Positions 28,368 to 37,661 of a stretch of DNA of 64,000 nt are shown here, one piece after another. The DNA lies in NCBI GenBank assembly GCA_963796055.1, contig CAWCKH010000004.1, positions 2,752,001 to 2,816,000 of the forward strand, given 5' to 3'. The translations under genes and the position numbers were made by a program. The stretch is from an uncultured delta proteobacterium. Lineage in GTDB: Bacteria; Myxococcota; Myxococcia; Myxococcales; Myxococcaceae. Position 1 is the first letter of the stretch; each line of letters opens with the position of its first letter. The notes below the pieces were generated by a model, which did no database searches, had not been told where the DNA came from, and saw only the letters and a list, made by a program, of their open reading frames with translations.

Positions 28368-29210
28368 GTGCTGAATCCCTCCTTCCTCGAAGCCTCCCTC
28401 GGGCCTTCTCGGGCGGTGCCCGGGACCGTGCCGAGCGCGCTCGGGGAGGCGGAGCTCGGCGCGTTCCTCGAGCTGCTCGCCGTACGCCGTGAGCGACCGT
28501 CGCTGCCGTTCCTGCGGCGGCTGCAGCGACGGTGCCTCACCACGGTGGCCTTCGAGAACCTGGACATCCACTGGCGGGTGCCGATCGCGCTCGACGTCGG
28601 GCGAGCCTGGGAGAAGGTCGTCCGGCGCCGGCGCGGCGGCTTCTGTTACGAGCTGAACGGCCTCTTCGGTTGGGTGCTGGAGCGGCTGGGCTTCGACGTG
28701 GCGCTGCTCTCGGGCAAGGTGTGGCGGAAGCCGACGCGGACCTGGGGCCCGGAGTATGACCACCTCGCGCTTCACGTGCGGATCGACGGTGGGGACTACC
28801 TGGTGGACGTGGGCTACGGCGACTCGTTCCGCACCCCGCTGCCGCTCCCCTCCGCGGAGCGGAGCGACGTGAGCGGCGCCTACCGGCTCTTCCCCGACGG
28901 GGGCGAGCTGCAGCTCGACCACTCCGTGGCCGGCCACTGGCGGCCGCTGTACCGGGTGTCGCTGCGGCCGCGGGCACTGGGCGAGTTCTCGGGCATGTTC
29001 CACTTTCACCAGACCAGCCCCGACTCCCCGTTCACCAACCACACCGTCTTCACCCTGGCGCGACCGTGGGGACGGAGCACGGTGACCGAGCGGTACCGGA
29101 TGGAGACCCGGGGGGCGCACACGGTGCGGCACCGGTACCGGCACAAGGACGAGTGGCTGGAGGAGCTCCGCACCCGCTTCGGGGTGAAGGGCCCGCTCGG
29201 CCCCCGCTGA
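28368..29210 (+). CDS. Arylamine N-acetyltransferase family protein (start may be GTG 28428)
   Basis: FENLD, RRRGGFCYELN, DHLAL and DVGYG give the Cys-His-Asp triad. Confidence 0.9.
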   Translation: MLNPSFLEASLGPSRAVPGTVPSALGEAELGAFLELLAVRRERPSLPFLRRLQRRCLTTVAFENLDIHWRVPIALDVGRAWEKVVRRRRGGFCYELNGLFGWVLERLGFDVALLSGKVWRKPTRTWGPEYDHLALHVRIDGGDYLVDVGYGDSFRTPLPLPSAERSDVSGAYRLFPDGGELQLDHSVAGHWRPLYRVSLRPRALGEFSGMFHFHQTSPDSPFTNHTVFTLARPWGRSTVTERYRMETRGAHTVRHRYRHKDEWLEELRTRFGVKGPLGPR

Positions 29211-29222
29211 GCCTGGTCGCTG

Positions 29223-29297
29223 GCGCGCTCCTGCGCGCGTGAGCATGGACGCGCGGCGCTCCTGCGCCGCTCCGCAAGCCTCCCCCTGGTGCGGGGG
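29223..29297. repeat. Cluster of GC hairpins with repeated GCGC-TCCT-GCGC unit between convergent genes
   Basis: GCGCGC-TCCT-GCGCGC (29223-29238), GCGGCGC-TCCT-GCGCCGC (29253-29270) and CCCCC-TGGTGC-GGGGG (29282-29297). Confidence 0.55.
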
Positions 29298-29301
29298 CTG
29301 A

Positions 29302-30519
29302 TCACTCCGGCAGGTCGAGGCGCGAGGCGCCCGCCCGGGCCCGGACCTCCTCCAGCGGGTCGTCCTCCTCCAGCGAGAGGACGTCGGCCGGCGCCACCGC
29401 ACCCCGACCGAAGCGGAGGACGATGGCGTCGAGCGCCCGGTTCAGCGCCTCCGAGCGCCGGGGTGGCTCGCCGAACAGCCCCAGCTGCGCATCCCCGGCG
29501 CCGTCGAGCTCCTGGGCGGACACGCCGGTCAGGCGCACTGGCCGCTGCAGGGGCACCCGCTCGAGCAGCTCGAGCGCCCGGCGGTAGAGCTCCTGGCCAT
29601 CGTCGGTGGAACGGTCGAGCGTGCAGCGGCGCGTCTGCAGGGTGAAGTCGTCGAGCTTCAGCTTCAGCTGCACCACCCGGGTGCGCAGCCCGGCCTTCCG
29701 CAGCCGCCGGCCGACCCGGAGCGCCTGTGCGTGCAGCCGCGGCCGGAGGACCTCGGGGTCCGACACATCCTCCTCGAAGGTATCCTCGGCCCCGATGCTC
29801 TTGCTGCTCCGGTCCGGGACCACCGGCCGGTCGTCCTCTCCGCGGGCGAGTCCGGCGAGGTGCGTGCCCGTGTCGCCGAGCCGTGCGGCGAGCCACCCGG
29901 GGTCGCGGTCCGCGAGGTCGCCGACGCGTCGGACCCCGAGCTGGTGCAGCCGGGCCTCGAGCTTGGGCCCCACGCCCCAGAGCCTGCCGACGCTGAGACC
30001 CGCCAGGAAGCTCCGCGTCTCCTCGGGTCGGACCTCCCGCTGGCCGTTGGGCTTGGCGACGTCCGAGGCGATCTTCGCCACGAACTTGCAGCTGGCGATG
30101 CCCGCAGAGGCCGGCAGCCCGACCTCGGCGGCGATCTCCCGACGGAGCCGCCCGGCGATCTCCCCGGGTGGCCCGAAGAGACCCTGGGAGGCGGTCACGT
30201 CCAGGAAGGCCTCGTCGAGCGAGAGCGGCTCGATGAGTGGAGTGTAGCGTTCGAGGATCGAGAACACCTGCTCGCTGGCCTCGGCGTAGGCCGAGAAGCG
30301 GGGGGGCACGACGACGGCCCCCGGCGCGAGCACCAGCGCCCGGGCCATCGGAATCGCGCTCCGGACGCCGAAGGGCCGCACCTCGTAGCTCGCGGCCAGC
30401 ACCACCCCGCGGCGGGGATGGCCCCCCACGATGACCGGCCGGCCGCGGAGCTCGGGCCGGTCGCGTTGCTCGACGGACGCGTAGAAGGCGTCCATGTCCA
30501 CGTGGAGGATGGCCCGCAT
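29302..30519 (-). CDS. dinB: DNA polymerase IV
   Basis: HVDMDAFYASVE, SYEVR.FGVRSA, SLDEAFLD, KIASD..KPNG, LWGVG and little-finger VRLTGVS. Confidence 0.95.
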   Translation of the reverse strand: MRAILHVDMDAFYASVEQRDRPELRGRPVIVGGHPRRGVVLAASYEVRPFGVRSAIPMARALVLAPGAVVVPPRFSAYAEASEQVFSILERYTPLIEPLSLDEAFLDVTASQGLFGPPGEIAGRLRREIAAEVGLPASAGIASCKFVAKIASDVAKPNGQREVRPEETRSFLAGLSVGRLWGVGPKLEARLHQLGVRRVGDLADRDPGWLAARLGDTGTHLAGLARGEDDRPVVPDRSSKSIGAEDTFEEDVSDPEVLRPRLHAQALRVGRRLRKAGLRTRVVQLKLKLDDFTLQTRRCTLDRSTDDGQELYRRALELLERVPLQRPVRLTGVSAQELDGAGDAQLGLFGEPPRRSEALNRALDAIVLRFGRGAVAPADVLSLEEDDPLEEVRARAGASRLDLPE

Positions 30520-30566
30520 GCGGTGGGCACCCTACCGCGGCGGACCCATCCCTGGCCCCGGGGAGC

Positions 30567-30884
30567 CTACGCGCCGAGGAGGGCGACGATCACCCGGTGC
30601 GCGCAGGCCACGTCCTCGTTGGGCCGCCGGGCGAGCAGGTCGCAGATCCGGTCGGCGAGGAAGGAACCAGGCGCCTCGTACCCGCCGAAGAGCGAGTGCA
30701 ACGAGATCTCCATGCCCGCAGCGAGCTTGGCCACGCTCCTCAGCGAAGGGCTGAGCTGACCTCGCTCGATGCGTCGCACGCTGTCCACCGCCAGACCGGC
30801 CCGGGTCGCCAGCTCAGCCTGGGTGAGCCGGTGGTCCTCGCGGAGCCGGCGGATGTAGCGCCCGAACCGTCGCGCATCGTCCAC
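30567..30884 (-). CDS. XRE-family HTH transcriptional regulator
   Basis: GTG start at 30884 with GGGAGG RBS; FGRYIRRLR...LTQAELA.RAGL....VRRIERG..SPSL. Confidence 0.85.
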   Translation of the reverse strand: MDDARRFGRYIRRLREDHRLTQAELATRAGLAVDSVRRIERGQLSPSLRSVAKLAAGMEISLHSLFGGYEAPGSFLADRICDLLARRPNEDVACAHRVIVALLGA

Positions 30885-30945
30885 GTCGAACCTCCCTGCA
30901 GACCAGGGTAGGGGCGGAGTTCCAGGGCGTGGAGACTTGACGGGC

Positions 30946-30961
30946 GCAGGGCGCGTGCCAG
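30946..30961 (-). promoter_or_regulatory. Putative sigma54 promoter upstream of XRE-dinB
   Basis: Minus strand CTGGCACGCGCCCTGC: exact TGGCACG -24 box, GG-N10-GC spacing, CTGC -12; intergenic. Confidence 0.55.
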
Positions 30962-30975
30962 CCGGCCGGTGTCCG

Positions 30976-31896
30976 TCAGTCGACACCGCTCGGCAGGCCG
31001 AGCTCGCCGAGCACGCGCTGGAGCTGGGGCGGCAGCGGGGACGAGATCGAGAGCGGCGATTTGCTGACTGGATGCACGAGCCCCAGCCGTGCGGCGTGGA
31101 GGAAGAACCGGTCGAGCCCGGGGTGGGCGCGTCCGCCGTACGACGTGTCGCCCAGGACCGGTGCGCCAATGGCGGCCAGATGGGCGCGGATCTGGTGGAG
31201 CACCCCGGTGTGGATCCGTACCTCGAGCAGCGCCGCGTCCGCGGAGCGCGCGAGGACCTGGAACGCGCTCCGCGCCTCCCGCCCGCCTCCGGACAGAGCC
31301 GGCTCGACGTGGTCGCCGCGGTGGCGGAGCGGCAGGTCGATCTCGCCGTCGTCCGCCACGGGGCCGGTCACCACGGCGAGGTAACGCTTGTCGACCCGCC
31401 GCCCGGTGAAGGCCTCGCGGACGGTCCGCCAGGCCTCGGGTGTCCGCGCAGCGAGCAGCACGCCCGAGGTGAGCGAGTCCAGCCGGTGCACCAGACCGCC
31501 CTCGCGCGGGTCGGCCGAGGCGTCCACGCATTCGGGGTGGCGCGCCACCAGCGCGTTCACCACCGTGCCCCGCTCGCCGGGCTCGAGTGGGTGGCTCGGC
31601 ATGCCTGCCGGCTTGTCCATCGCCACCAGCTGCGGGTCGAGGTGCAATATCGAAAGTGGAAGCTCCGGCTGGGGGACCGGGCGCGGGTCCTCGCGCTCCA
31701 GGGTCACCTCCACCGTCGCCCCCGCCACGGTGCGGTCCCCCTTGCGTGGAGGCCGGCCCCCGATTCGCACCGCGCCGCGATCGAGCAGCTCCTTCACCCG
31801 CGCCCGCGGCAGCGCCAGGGCACCCGCCAGCCAGACGTCGACCCGCAGCCCCGCGGCGTCCGGGGGGACCTCCAGGCTCCTTCGCCCGGCGCTCAC
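30976..31896 (-). CDS. RluA/RluD-family pseudouridine synthase with S4 domain
   Basis: GTG start overlapping the kinase stop; RVDVWLA (S4), [30 protein letters not shown] and LHAARL. Confidence 0.9.
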   Translation of the reverse strand: MSAGRRSLEVPPDAAGLRVDVWLAGALALPRARVKELLDRGAVRIGGRPPRKGDRTVAGATVEVTLEREDPRPVPQPELPLSILHLDPQLVAMDKPAGMPSHPLEPGERGTVVNALVARHPECVDASADPREGGLVHRLDSLTSGVLLAARTPEAWRTVREAFTGRRVDKRYLAVVTGPVADDGEIDLPLRHRGDHVEPALSGGGREARSAFQVLARSADAALLEVRIHTGVLHQIRAHLAAIGAPVLGDTSYGGRAHPGLDRFFLHAARLGLVHPVSKSPLSISSPLPPQLQRVLGELGLPSGVD

Positions 31897-33011
31897 TCGG
31901 CGAGCGCCTCGGCGACCTCCTCCGCGGTCTGGAACCGCTCGGCCGGCTCCTTCCGCAGGAGGCGATGCGCGATGCGCGCCAGGGCCGCGTCGGCGCCGGG
32001 GTTGAGAGAGCTCACCGCGGCCGCGTCGGTTTCCAGCACCTTCTGCCAGAGCTCGTGCGGCGTCCGGGCGTCGAAGGGGGTGCGGCCGGTGAGCATCTCG
32101 TAGAGGATGACCCCCAGCGAGTAGAGATCGGCGCGGGCGTCGAGGCCCTCGCCGAGGATCTGCTCCGGGGCCATGTAGCGGAACGTGCCCACCAGCCGGC
32201 CGTCGGCGGTGACCGCCCCGTCGTCGGCGAGGAACTTGGCCAGCCCGAAGTCCATCAGGCGCACCAGCCGGTCCTCGTCGACCATCACGTTGCTCGGCTT
32301 GAGGTCGCGGTGAACCAGGCCGTGGCCATGGATGTAGCTCAGCGCGCTCGCCAGCTGGGTCATCGCGTCCTTCAGTCGGCCGGTCCGCTCGGGCCGGTTC
32401 AGCGCGGTCAGGTCCGGAGCGCGGGGCGCGGGCTCGGCATGGGGGCGCTCCACGGGTGGCGCGCTCGGGGTCTCGCTCACGCTCACCTCGCGGGACTCCT
32501 GGGTGTCGGGCTCGTCCGCGGCGTCGGCCAGGGCGCGCACGCTCTCCGGGCCGCTGGAGTACGAGACCTCCTCGCTGGGTGGCTCCTGGGCGAAGGCGCT
32601 CAAGGTGAAGGTCTGTGGCGCCCACTCCCCGGTATCGGTGTCGTGCCAGGGGAGGCTGGGCTCGTCGCGCCTCCGGCCGGGGAGGCCGATCGCCGGAGAG
32701 CCGCTGAGGTCGAGCTCGAGGTAGTTCCGCAGGGTGAGCCCCTCCACCAGCTCCATGGCCAGATACGGGTAGCCGTGGTGCACCCCGGTGTCGAAGACCT
32801 TCACCACGTTGGGGTGTGACAGCTCGGCCAGCGTCTCGAACTCGCGGGCCAGCCGCCGCGCCGCGCGCGGATCCAGCGCCGGACCGGTGGAGAGGAGCTT
32901 CAACGCCACGGGCTCACCGGTGCGGCGGTCGAGCGCGCGGTACACCGTCCCCGCGCCTCCACTGCCGAGCGTATCGAGGACGCGGTAGGGGCCGATGACC
33001 TTGGGTGGCAT
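31893..33011 (-). CDS. Hanks-type Ser/Thr protein kinase with ~100-aa insert, no sensor domain
   Basis: Start ATG 33011; [34 protein letters not shown] and DLYSLG. Confidence 0.92.
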   Translation of the reverse strand: MPPKVIGPYRVLDTLGSGGAGTVYRALDRRTGEPVALKLLSTGPALDPRAARRLAREFETLAELSHPNVVKVFDTGVHHGYPYLAMELVEGLTLRNYLELDLSGSPAIGLPGRRRDEPSLPWHDTDTGEWAPQTFTLSAFAQEPPSEEVSYSSGPESVRALADAADEPDTQESREVSVSETPSAPPVERPHAEPAPRAPDLTALNRPERTGRLKDAMTQLASALSYIHGHGLVHRDLKPSNVMVDEDRLVRLMDFGLAKFLADDGAVTADGRLVGTFRYMAPEQILGEGLDARADLYSLGVILYEMLTGRTPFDARTPHELWQKVLETDAAAVSSLNPGADAALARIAHRLLRKEPAERFQTAEEVAEALAE

Positions 33012-33036
33012 CCGGGAAGCATTAGAGTCGGGGTCC

Positions 33037-33774
33037 ATGCCCCGTGCCACAGCTGAGCTGCCGAAACCCCGCACTCCGCGGACACTTTGCATCGACATCG
33101 GCGGGACGGGGGTCAAGGCGCTGGTGCTCGACACCGCCGGCGAGCCGGTGACGGAGCGGGTCCGGGTGGAGACTCCACGCCCGGCCACTCCCAGGCGGGT
33201 CCTCCAGGCGATCTGGGCCCTGCTCGAGCCGCTGGGCCCCTTCGAGCGGGCGTCGGTGGGGTTCCCCGGGGTGGTGGTGGACGGCGTCGTCAAGACGGCG
33301 CCCAACCTCCACCCGGACTGGACCGCCTTCCCGCTGGCGCGGGCACTGCAAGACCGCGTCCGTCGTCCGACCCGGGTCCTCAATGACGCGGGGATGCAGG
33401 GGTACGGAGTGGTGGAGGGCCGCGGCGTGGAGATGCTCCTGACCTTCGGTACCGGGATGGGCTGCGCGCTGTTCAACGAGGGGGTCTACGTGCCGAACCT
33501 CGAGCTGGCCCACCACCCGTTCCGGAAAGGAAAGACGTACGAGGACTACGTGGGTGCCCGCGCGCTCGCGGCGGTGGGGAAGAAGCGGTGGAACCGCCGG
33601 GTCGCCCGGGTGGTGGGCCAGGTGTTGCCGATCTTCAATCCGCGCCGCCTCTACCTCGGGGGTGGAAACGCCAAGCACATCGAGATCGACCTGCCGCCCG
33701 AGGTGCATCTGGTGGCGAACATCGCCGGGCTGCTCGGTGGCATCGCGCTCTGGAGAGACCCGGGCGGAGCATGA
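33037..33774 (+). CDS. ROK-family sugar kinase (polyphosphate glucokinase-like)
   Basis: [32 protein letters not shown] and YLGGGN. Confidence 0.85.
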   Translation: MPRATAELPKPRTPRTLCIDIGGTGVKALVLDTAGEPVTERVRVETPRPATPRRVLQAIWALLEPLGPFERASVGFPGVVVDGVVKTAPNLHPDWTAFPLARALQDRVRRPTRVLNDAGMQGYGVVEGRGVEMLLTFGTGMGCALFNEGVYVPNLELAHHPFRKGKTYEDYVGARALAAVGKKRWNRRVARVVGQVLPIFNPRRLYLGGGNAKHIEIDLPPEVHLVANIAGLLGGIALWRDPGGA

Positions 33775-33823
33775 CGCTGCGCGTGGACGCTCCGGCCCTG
33801 CTCGCATACGGTGCGCCGCTGTG

Positions 33824-34588
33824 ATGGCGCCGGCCGTGGAGCGCGACCCGCTGGAGATGCAGATCCGGGAGCGGCCCGTGCCTGCGCACGTGGGCATCAT
33901 CATGGATGGCAATGGCCGCTGGGCGGAGGAGAGGGGTCTGCCCCGGCTGGAGGGTCACCGGGAAGGGAGCAACAGCGTGCGCGAGGTGACCCGGACCGCG
34001 CGCCGCATCGGAGTGCAGGCGCTGACGCTCTACGCCTTCTCGGCGCAGAACTGGTCGCGCCCGGCGGACGAGGTGGCCGGGCTGATGGACCTGCTCCGCG
34101 AGTACCTCGAATCGGAGCGGCAGGAGATCCTCGAGAACGGCATCCGCCTCGAGGCGGTGGGCGAGCTGGACCGGCTCCCCCGCTTCGTCCGGGCCCCGCT
34201 GGAGGCGGTGCGGGAGGCCTCGGCGCGGAACCGGGGCATGGTGCTCACCCTGGCCCTGAGCTACGGCGGACAGGAGGAGATCGCCGCCGCGGCCGATGCG
34301 CTCGTCCGCCGCGCCCGAGCCGGGACGCTGCCGCCCGGCCCGGTCGACGTGGAGACCTTCGCCTCGGCGCTCTGGACCGGCCGCCTGCCCCCGGTGGACC
34401 TGGTCATCCGCACCAGCGGCGAGACGCGGGTGAGCAACTTCATGCTGTGGCAATCGGCCTACGCCGAATTCATCTTCGTGGACACGCTGTGGCCCGAGTT
34501 CCGCGCTCGGCAATTCCTGGAAGCCGTGCTGGAGTACCAGCATCGCGAGCGCCGGTTCGGGCTCACCTCGGCACAGCTTCCCAAGTGA
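33824..34588 (+). CDS. uppS: Undecaprenyl diphosphate synthase
   Basis: HVGIIMDGNGRWA, YAFSAQNW.RP, LSYGG, DLVIRTSGETRVSNFMLWQ and RERRFG. Confidence 0.96.
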   Translation: MAPAVERDPLEMQIRERPVPAHVGIIMDGNGRWAEERGLPRLEGHREGSNSVREVTRTARRIGVQALTLYAFSAQNWSRPADEVAGLMDLLREYLESERQEILENGIRLEAVGELDRLPRFVRAPLEAVREASARNRGMVLTLALSYGGQEEIAAAADALVRRARAGTLPPGPVDVETFASALWTGRLPPVDLVIRTSGETRVSNFMLWQSAYAEFIFVDTLWPEFRARQFLEAVLEYQHRERRFGLTSAQLPK

Positions 34589-35433
34589 ACGAGAAGAACC
34601 GAAACCTCGTCGTCCGCATCGCCACCGCGCTGCTCCTCCTCCCGGCGGTGCTGGCGCTGCTGGTGCTGGGCGGCTGGTGGACCGCGGCGCTGGTCTCCGC
34701 CGCCGCCGGCGCCTGCGCGCTGGAGTACCAGCTCATCACCCAGGGCCGCCTGGGCCCGGCCGAGCTGCTGGCGGTGCTCGGGGCGGCGCTGATCCCCCTG
34801 GTCGCCGCGGCGCGCCCCCTCGACTTCACCGCCATCGCCTCCTGGGTCCTGTGGGGGGTGTTCGTCGCTGCCTCGGTGCAGGGGCTCTTCTCTTCCGACC
34901 GGGAGCGCGCACCGGCCCGCGCCGCGCATGCGGTCGCCGGATGCCTGTACGGCGGGCTGGGTCTCGGTCCCATCGCCGCGCTCCGGGTGGGTCCGGCGGG
35001 GCTGCAGTGGGTGATCTCCGCGCTGGTCATCACCTGGGCGAACGACACCTGCGCCTACTTCGCCGGGCGGCTCTTCGGGCGGCACAAGCTCCACCCCGCG
35101 GTCAGCCCCAACAAGACCTGGGAGGGCTTCGCCGGGGGCGTGGTGGGCTCGGTGGCGGGGATGTTCATCACCCGCTGGGTGGCCTTCCCCGCGCTGACCC
35201 CCGTCGACTGCCTGGCGCTGGGCCTGCTCGGCGCGGTCCTCGGCCCGCTGGGAGATCTCTGCGAGTCGCTGCTCAAGCGCGCCCACGGGGTGAAGGACTC
35301 CGGCACGCTGATCCCCGGGCACGGGGGGCTCCTCGACCGGGTGGACGCCCTGCTGTTCAATGCGCCCGCGGTGTACCTCTACGTGGTGGCCGTTCGCGGA
35401 CTCCTGGTCGGATCCCCTCCGGGCACATTGTGA
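34585..35433 (+). CDS. cdsA: Phosphatidate cytidylyltransferase
   Basis: GTG overlapping the uppS stop; WANDT.AYF.G, SPNKTWEG and GDL.ES.LKR..GVKDSG.LIPGHGG.LDR.D. Confidence 0.95.
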   Translation: MNEKNRNLVVRIATALLLLPAVLALLVLGGWWTAALVSAAAGACALEYQLITQGRLGPAELLAVLGAALIPLVAAARPLDFTAIASWVLWGVFVAASVQGLFSSDRERAPARAAHAVAGCLYGGLGLGPIAALRVGPAGLQWVISALVITWANDTCAYFAGRLFGRHKLHPAVSPNKTWEGFAGGVVGSVAGMFITRWVAFPALTPVDCLALGLLGAVLGPLGDLCESLLKRAHGVKDSGTLIPGHGGLLDRVDALLFNAPAVYLYVVAVRGLLVGSPPGTL

Positions 35434-35469
35434 CCGGGGCGATCGGCGGTTAACTTCCGGCTCCAAGGG

Positions 35470-37092
35470 ATGGACCTTCAGAATCTGGCCGCGTTCGTGC
35501 TCCTGCTCGGGGCGCTCGTCTTCGTCCACGAGCTCGGGCATTTCCTCGTCGCCAAGGCGGTGGGGGTGAAGGTCCTGCGCTTCTCCATCGGCTTCGGCCC
35601 GCCGCTGTTCAGCTTCACCCGCGGAGAGACCGAGTACCGCATCGCCGCGCTCCCGCTGGGCGGGTACGTGAAGATGGCGGGGGAGGTGCCGGGCGAGGAC
35701 GCCACGCCCGAGGACGAGGCCCGGAGCTACCTGGCGCAGCCGCCGTGGAAGCGGATGCTGATCGTCGTCGCCGGCCCGGCGTTCAACCTCATCTTCCCAC
35801 TGCTGATCTTCTTCGTGGTGATCGTCAGCTACCCCCAGCCGTCCACCGCGGTGCTGCGGGTCATCCCCGGCATGCCGGCGGCCGAGGCAGGCATCCGGGT
35901 GGGCGACGTGGTGACCGAGGTCGACGGCCGGCCGGTTCGCTCCCTGGAGGAGATGCAGTGGGCGCTGGTCGGCAAGGCCGGCCGGCGTATCCCGGTGGTG
36001 GTCCAGCGCGACGGGCAGCCGGTCCGGCTGGTGGTGACCCCGTCGGCCGAGGGAGCCACCCGCAACCGCGGGCTCATCGGCATCGCCCCGAACCGGGCCC
36101 CCCCGGTGGTCGGGGTGCGGCGGGGAGGCCCCGCCGAGCGGGCCGGGGTCCAGACGCTGGACCGCGTGCTGTCGGTGAACGGCCGCCCGGTGGCGGATCT
36201 CCCGGCGCTCGAGCGTGAGGTCGCGAGCGCGACCGGCCCGGAGCTCACCCTGCAGATCATCCGCCGCGTGCCGGCCGAGGTGCCGGGGCTCGAGGCGAGC
36301 GTGCCCAGGGTGGAGACGGTGCAGGTACCGCGGCAAGACGGCACAGCGATGGCTGCGTTCGGCCTCGAGCCGGCGGACGTCTACTCCCTGCTCTACGTGG
36401 GCCGGGTGCTTCCCGGGAGCGCTGCTGCCGATGCGGGCTTCGTCCGGGGCGACCGCCTGGAGGCGATCGACGGGAAGCAGATCCGCTCGCGCGAGCAGCT
36501 GTTCCGCCGGCTCGCCGAGCTGAAGGACCGGCCGTTCCGGCTCACCTGGGTCCACGACGGCGCCTCGCGCGAGGCGGAGCTGCGGATGCGGCCCGCGAAG
36601 GCCAGCGGTGACGGCGCCGGCGGCGAGGCGGAGGCGTTCGAGCTCGGCATCCGCTTCGAGTCGGGGACGCCCGGGGACAAGGGGTCCGATGCCAAGGTGC
36701 GGGTGAGCCCCGGGCTGGCACTGGTGACCGCGGCCCACCGCCTCGGGGAGGCGATCGCGGACACCGCGGCCGGGCTGGCGAAGCTGCTGACCGGCCAGGT
36801 GTCCTTCAAGAACGTCGGCGGGCCGATCATGATCTACGGCATCGCCGGGAAGGCGGCGCAGGCGGGGCTCGACTACTTCCTGAACCTCATGGCGATCATC
36901 TCGGTGAACCTGGGGCTCATCAACCTGGTTCCTATCCCCGCCCTGGACGGCTTCCAGCTGCTCTCGGCGGCGTGGGAGGCGGTGCGGCGCCGGCCGATCC
37001 CGATGCGTGCGCGGGAGATCGCCAACGCGGTGGGGATCGTGGCGCTCATCGTGCTCATGGTCCTGGTCTGCGTGAACGACCTCACGCGCTGA
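35470..37092 (+). CDS. rseP: RIP metalloprotease RseP (M50) with about three PDZ domains
   Basis: HELGH, FSIGFGP, PLGGYVKM, AGPAFN and NLVPIPALDG; follows uppS-cdsA. Confidence 0.93.
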   Translation: MDLQNLAAFVLLLGALVFVHELGHFLVAKAVGVKVLRFSIGFGPPLFSFTRGETEYRIAALPLGGYVKMAGEVPGEDATPEDEARSYLAQPPWKRMLIVVAGPAFNLIFPLLIFFVVIVSYPQPSTAVLRVIPGMPAAEAGIRVGDVVTEVDGRPVRSLEEMQWALVGKAGRRIPVVVQRDGQPVRLVVTPSAEGATRNRGLIGIAPNRAPPVVGVRRGGPAERAGVQTLDRVLSVNGRPVADLPALEREVASATGPELTLQIIRRVPAEVPGLEASVPRVETVQVPRQDGTAMAAFGLEPADVYSLLYVGRVLPGSAAADAGFVRGDRLEAIDGKQIRSREQLFRRLAELKDRPFRLTWVHDGASREAELRMRPAKASGDGAGGEAEAFELGIRFESGTPGDKGSDAKVRVSPGLALVTAAHRLGEAIADTAAGLAKLLTGQVSFKNVGGPIMIYGIAGKAAQAGLDYFLNLMAIISVNLGLINLVPIPALDGFQLLSAAWEAVRRRPIPMRAREIANAVGIVALIVLMVLVCVNDLTR

Positions 37093-37162
37093 GGTCCCCT
37101 CGTTGTCCGTCCGGGAGCGACGCAGCACGTCCTCCGCAGCTGCGACCGCCCGCCGCGGAGGG

Positions 37163-37561
37163 GTGCGGCGGGGTTTGCTGCTCCTGCTGCTGGTGGTGGG
37201 ATGCGCGAGGAACCTCCGGTCCGAGGGAGCCGGTGAGGAGGGCGAGGCCTCGTGGTACGGCCCAGGCCTCTACGGGCGAAAGACGGCCAGCGGCGAGGTG
37301 CTGCGGCCGGGAACGCTCACCGCCGCGCACCGCACCTTGCCCTTTGGCACGTGCCTGCGGGTCACCAACCTCGAGAACGGGCGGGCGGTGGAGGTGCGGG
37401 TGAACGATCGGGGGCCGTACGCGGGAAACCGGATCGTCGACGTGTCCGAGGCGGCGGCCCGGGCCCTGGGAATGCACGGCCGAGGCGTCACCCGCGTTCG
37501 CCTCGACCGCTGCGCCGGGAGCGCGGATCTGGACGCGCCCGGCTCCGAGGTGCCCACCTAA
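37163..37561 (+). CDS. rlpA: RlpA-family (DPBB) lipoprotein without SPOR domain (start uncertain, 37103-37163)
   Basis: Lipobox VVGC, GEASWYG, TAAHRTLPFGT, VRVNDRGPY and IVDVS. Confidence 0.85.
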   Translation: MRRGLLLLLLVVGCARNLRSEGAGEEGEASWYGPGLYGRKTASGEVLRPGTLTAAHRTLPFGTCLRVTNLENGRAVEVRVNDRGPYAGNRIVDVSEAAARALGMHGRGVTRVRLDRCAGSADLDAPGSEVPT

Positions 37562-37602
37562 ACCTCTGGATCCAGAAGACAAATCGAGGTGTCAGACACC
37601 TC
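37548..37602. repeat. Cluster of palindromes, REP-like
   Basis: AGGTG-CC-CACCT (37548-37559), TCTGGATCCAGA (37565-37576) and GAGGTGTC-A-GACACCTC (37586-37602), with an AT-richer spacer. Confidence 0.6.
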
Positions 37603-37661
37603 CGCGGGCAGATCCCCGGCTTGCGTCCGACAGGCGGAGAGCGCAAAGCACCGCCCCTGGG

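Noticed and set aside
30567..30884. XRE gene as a toxin-antitoxin antitoxin or prophage repressor
   Set aside because: There is no adjacent toxin, ImmA/IrrE peptidase, integrase or phage gene, and the neighbours are housekeeping genes.
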